Assembly: GCA_030167865.1 (NCBI GenBank)
Contig: JALAGF010003164.1
Location: 1-47,104, forward strand
Length of the DNA: 47,104 bases
DNA from: Craspedostauros australis
Taxonomy: Eukaryota
Direction of reading: 5' to 3'
Below, piece by piece: positions 44,862 through 47,104 of the stretch. The notes below the pieces were generated by a model. It was not told where the DNA came from. It ran no database searches and saw only the letters and a program-made list of their open reading frames with translations. A program made the position numbers and the translations under genes. How positions within the stretch are numbered: position 1 is the stretch's first letter; each line of letters begins with the position of its first letter.

Positions 44862-47104
44862 GGTCTTGCGTGTCGTTGTTGGTGTATTGTGCGAGTGCAA
44901 GGTGGGATCTTTTTGTCTCAGCCAGGTGTTGGTATGCGAGTATGTGCAGGCAATGTAGGTATGCGACAGTCCAGACATCCACCATGTCGCAATGTGATGA
45001 TGATGATGATGGTGATGGTGAAAGAAGAAAAGTCATTTTGATGTGTTGGGTGCAGAGCGTGACAGAAAGAGATTCCAGTCATGCAAAGAGATCATAGTAG
45101 ACGTGTGGCGTAAACTAGAGAGACAAACAGATACCAACACAAACCAAGGAGACAGACTCATCCAAACCCGCAGGAACTCAACAACGAACCCGTAGATCGG
45201 CATGATTTGATGCGTCCCTCACTCTCCTCCATCTTACGAGCTATTCCACTATAATCGTAACTGTCTTTGTCCGTTCTTGTGCTCCACGATCACTCTCTCA
45301 TCGTTGCAAGTGACCAGCCATCCATTGTTGCATAGTGGCATCGCATTACATTGCATTGCATGTAAGGAGGTCATCGCAAGAAAGGGTTCACTCATGCGTT
45401 CTCTCCAATTCTGTTTCTGGATCATACGACACTTCCGCGGATGGCTGTCCTGCACCCGTGAGAAGATTGCACACGAGCGAGGACCGCAACAACGAAATGA
45501 ACTGAGCAGACAAACCACAACCTTGTGGAGGCGACCAACACGACATCGGTGGCCACTTGAACCTTGCAGCGGTACTCGTACCGCTGTTTGGCATCCTCCG
45601 CCCACGGGCTCCTGGCGCAGATCGTAGACCATCTTTTGTCCATCGCCCTACACGCGCTGATGTACTCTATGGAACCCAGTCCACGACACACGCATAAGAG
45701 CAATGATTGTGCATTGACGACAACAAGCCGAGGGCAAGGTTGGGAACATTGGTTCGATCACACTTTCACGATCACCACCTCAAACATGGAACATGCTCTG
45801 TACCGATGTTCAAGGAGAATCTCGTTGGTGAGGGCACACGATGTCAGACGATCGAAGTCAATTGTTGCTCCAGTTCAGCTCCAACCCAAATTCAAGTTCC
45901 ATTTCCGATTCAAATGAGATGACTTCAAGCTCTGTCCTCGTAGGTACGCTTGCCATGGTCGAGCTGCGAAGTCGCGAAGCAGCGAACACAAGTCTCAGGA
46001 GCGAAAGAGTGATCGTAGCGAACGAATGAAGAGAGGGAGGAGGCTGTGAAATGATCGCTTGTGACGCTGTTGCCTTTGAGTGAGGCGAGGCGGCCTGAAA
46101 GGAGGGCAACTGGGATAGTCGTACATTGAAGTAGACGGGGCGACCGCAATGGTGATCGCCTCTTCTAATCATGAAACAGAAAACGAGCCCGCAGATCGAT
46201 GTCGCCAGTATGATCACGCTTGTAATGTTCACAGCATGGCGTAGAAAGATCATGCGTACTCCACCAAGGCAAAAACGTTGGACCATTGTTTCGATCACGT
46301 TGATGCGAATGTGTTGGATCACTCTTCCTTGGTTGCCTCCTCGCCTACTTCCTTCTGCGTCGCTATTGTGTTCATTGAAGCAGTTTGAAGAGCATTTCCA
46401 AGACCACCAAGAGAGAGGGAGGGAGAGAGAACAGCGCAGACTCTACTCGTACTACCATCGTTCACTACGTATTCCTGCCAAGCTGCATTGCATCATCTGC
46501 ATCCATAATCTGTTTCAGACAAGCATGAAGGAAGCAAGCGACAACGAGACATAGATCTACAGTACGAGCACGAGTACGAAGACGAGTCCGAGTACGCAAC
46601 GAGCGAAAACCAAGTTCGCCCAGCCAAGAAGGAAGGAGGAAGGGAAGATAGATGTGGAATAACAACATCACGATGCTCGCATACTCGTACAAGAACATTC
46701 ACGGCCACGATAGTTGAATCTGGAGGATTCACATGTTGCATAGGAGAGTAGTGCGGCATGAATATCCATGAGGACAGATTCTGTCTGGGGAGACCAAAAA
46801 TGGCCATTTTGGGCTCAGGAGACAAAGTTACCCGGAGGTTCGCCAAAATCCGGTCTGAGGAGACAATTTTCAGTTCCACGTGATAAATCTCCACAATAGG
46901 ATTTTGCGGTCGAATACTTCGACTAAAAGAAACTCTACCAGCTCTTCGTTCTGACATCTTCTCCTCCAAGATTTTCTTCATCGTCATTGTTTCTTCGCTT
47001 TCCTCCAGATGGCAACAACCCTCTCTCTCCAACCTCCTTGCCTGCTGTGGTTCATTTCATTCCATCACCAACCTCGCACCTCCTTGCTTGTCATTCGCAG
47101 CATC

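Overview
Eukaryotic nuclear DNA, most likely a diatom. This is inferred from GT-AG introns, a bipartite plastid-targeting presequence and diatom-style low-complexity genes; the species cannot be fixed from sequence alone. In order, the window holds: a 5'-truncated non-LTR retrotransposon RNase H fragment running off the left edge; a 2-exon Tim17/22/23-family gene; an LRAT/NC-like gene; a large DUF4116-repeat gene; a class I SAM methyltransferase; three tandem intrinsically disordered protein genes (plus a fourth short one at 35 kb) sharing short motifs; a non-canonical tRNA-like cloverleaf; a GT34-sulfotransferase fusion; a CpG-poor island with a decayed mariner-type transposase and an ankyrin pseudogene; a C9orf78/Tls1-like gene; an RNI-like LRR gene; Tic22; a TPR gene; 2-exon mitochondrial ATP synthase subunit d; and a SELENOM/Sep15-family selenoprotein split in the ORF track by an in-frame UGA (CxxU). 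Top leads are the selenoprotein, the 8/5 tRNA-like RNA with paired flanks, the GT34-sulfotransferase fusion and the motif-defined disordered protein family. All family assignments come from motif recognition by eye, not database searches.
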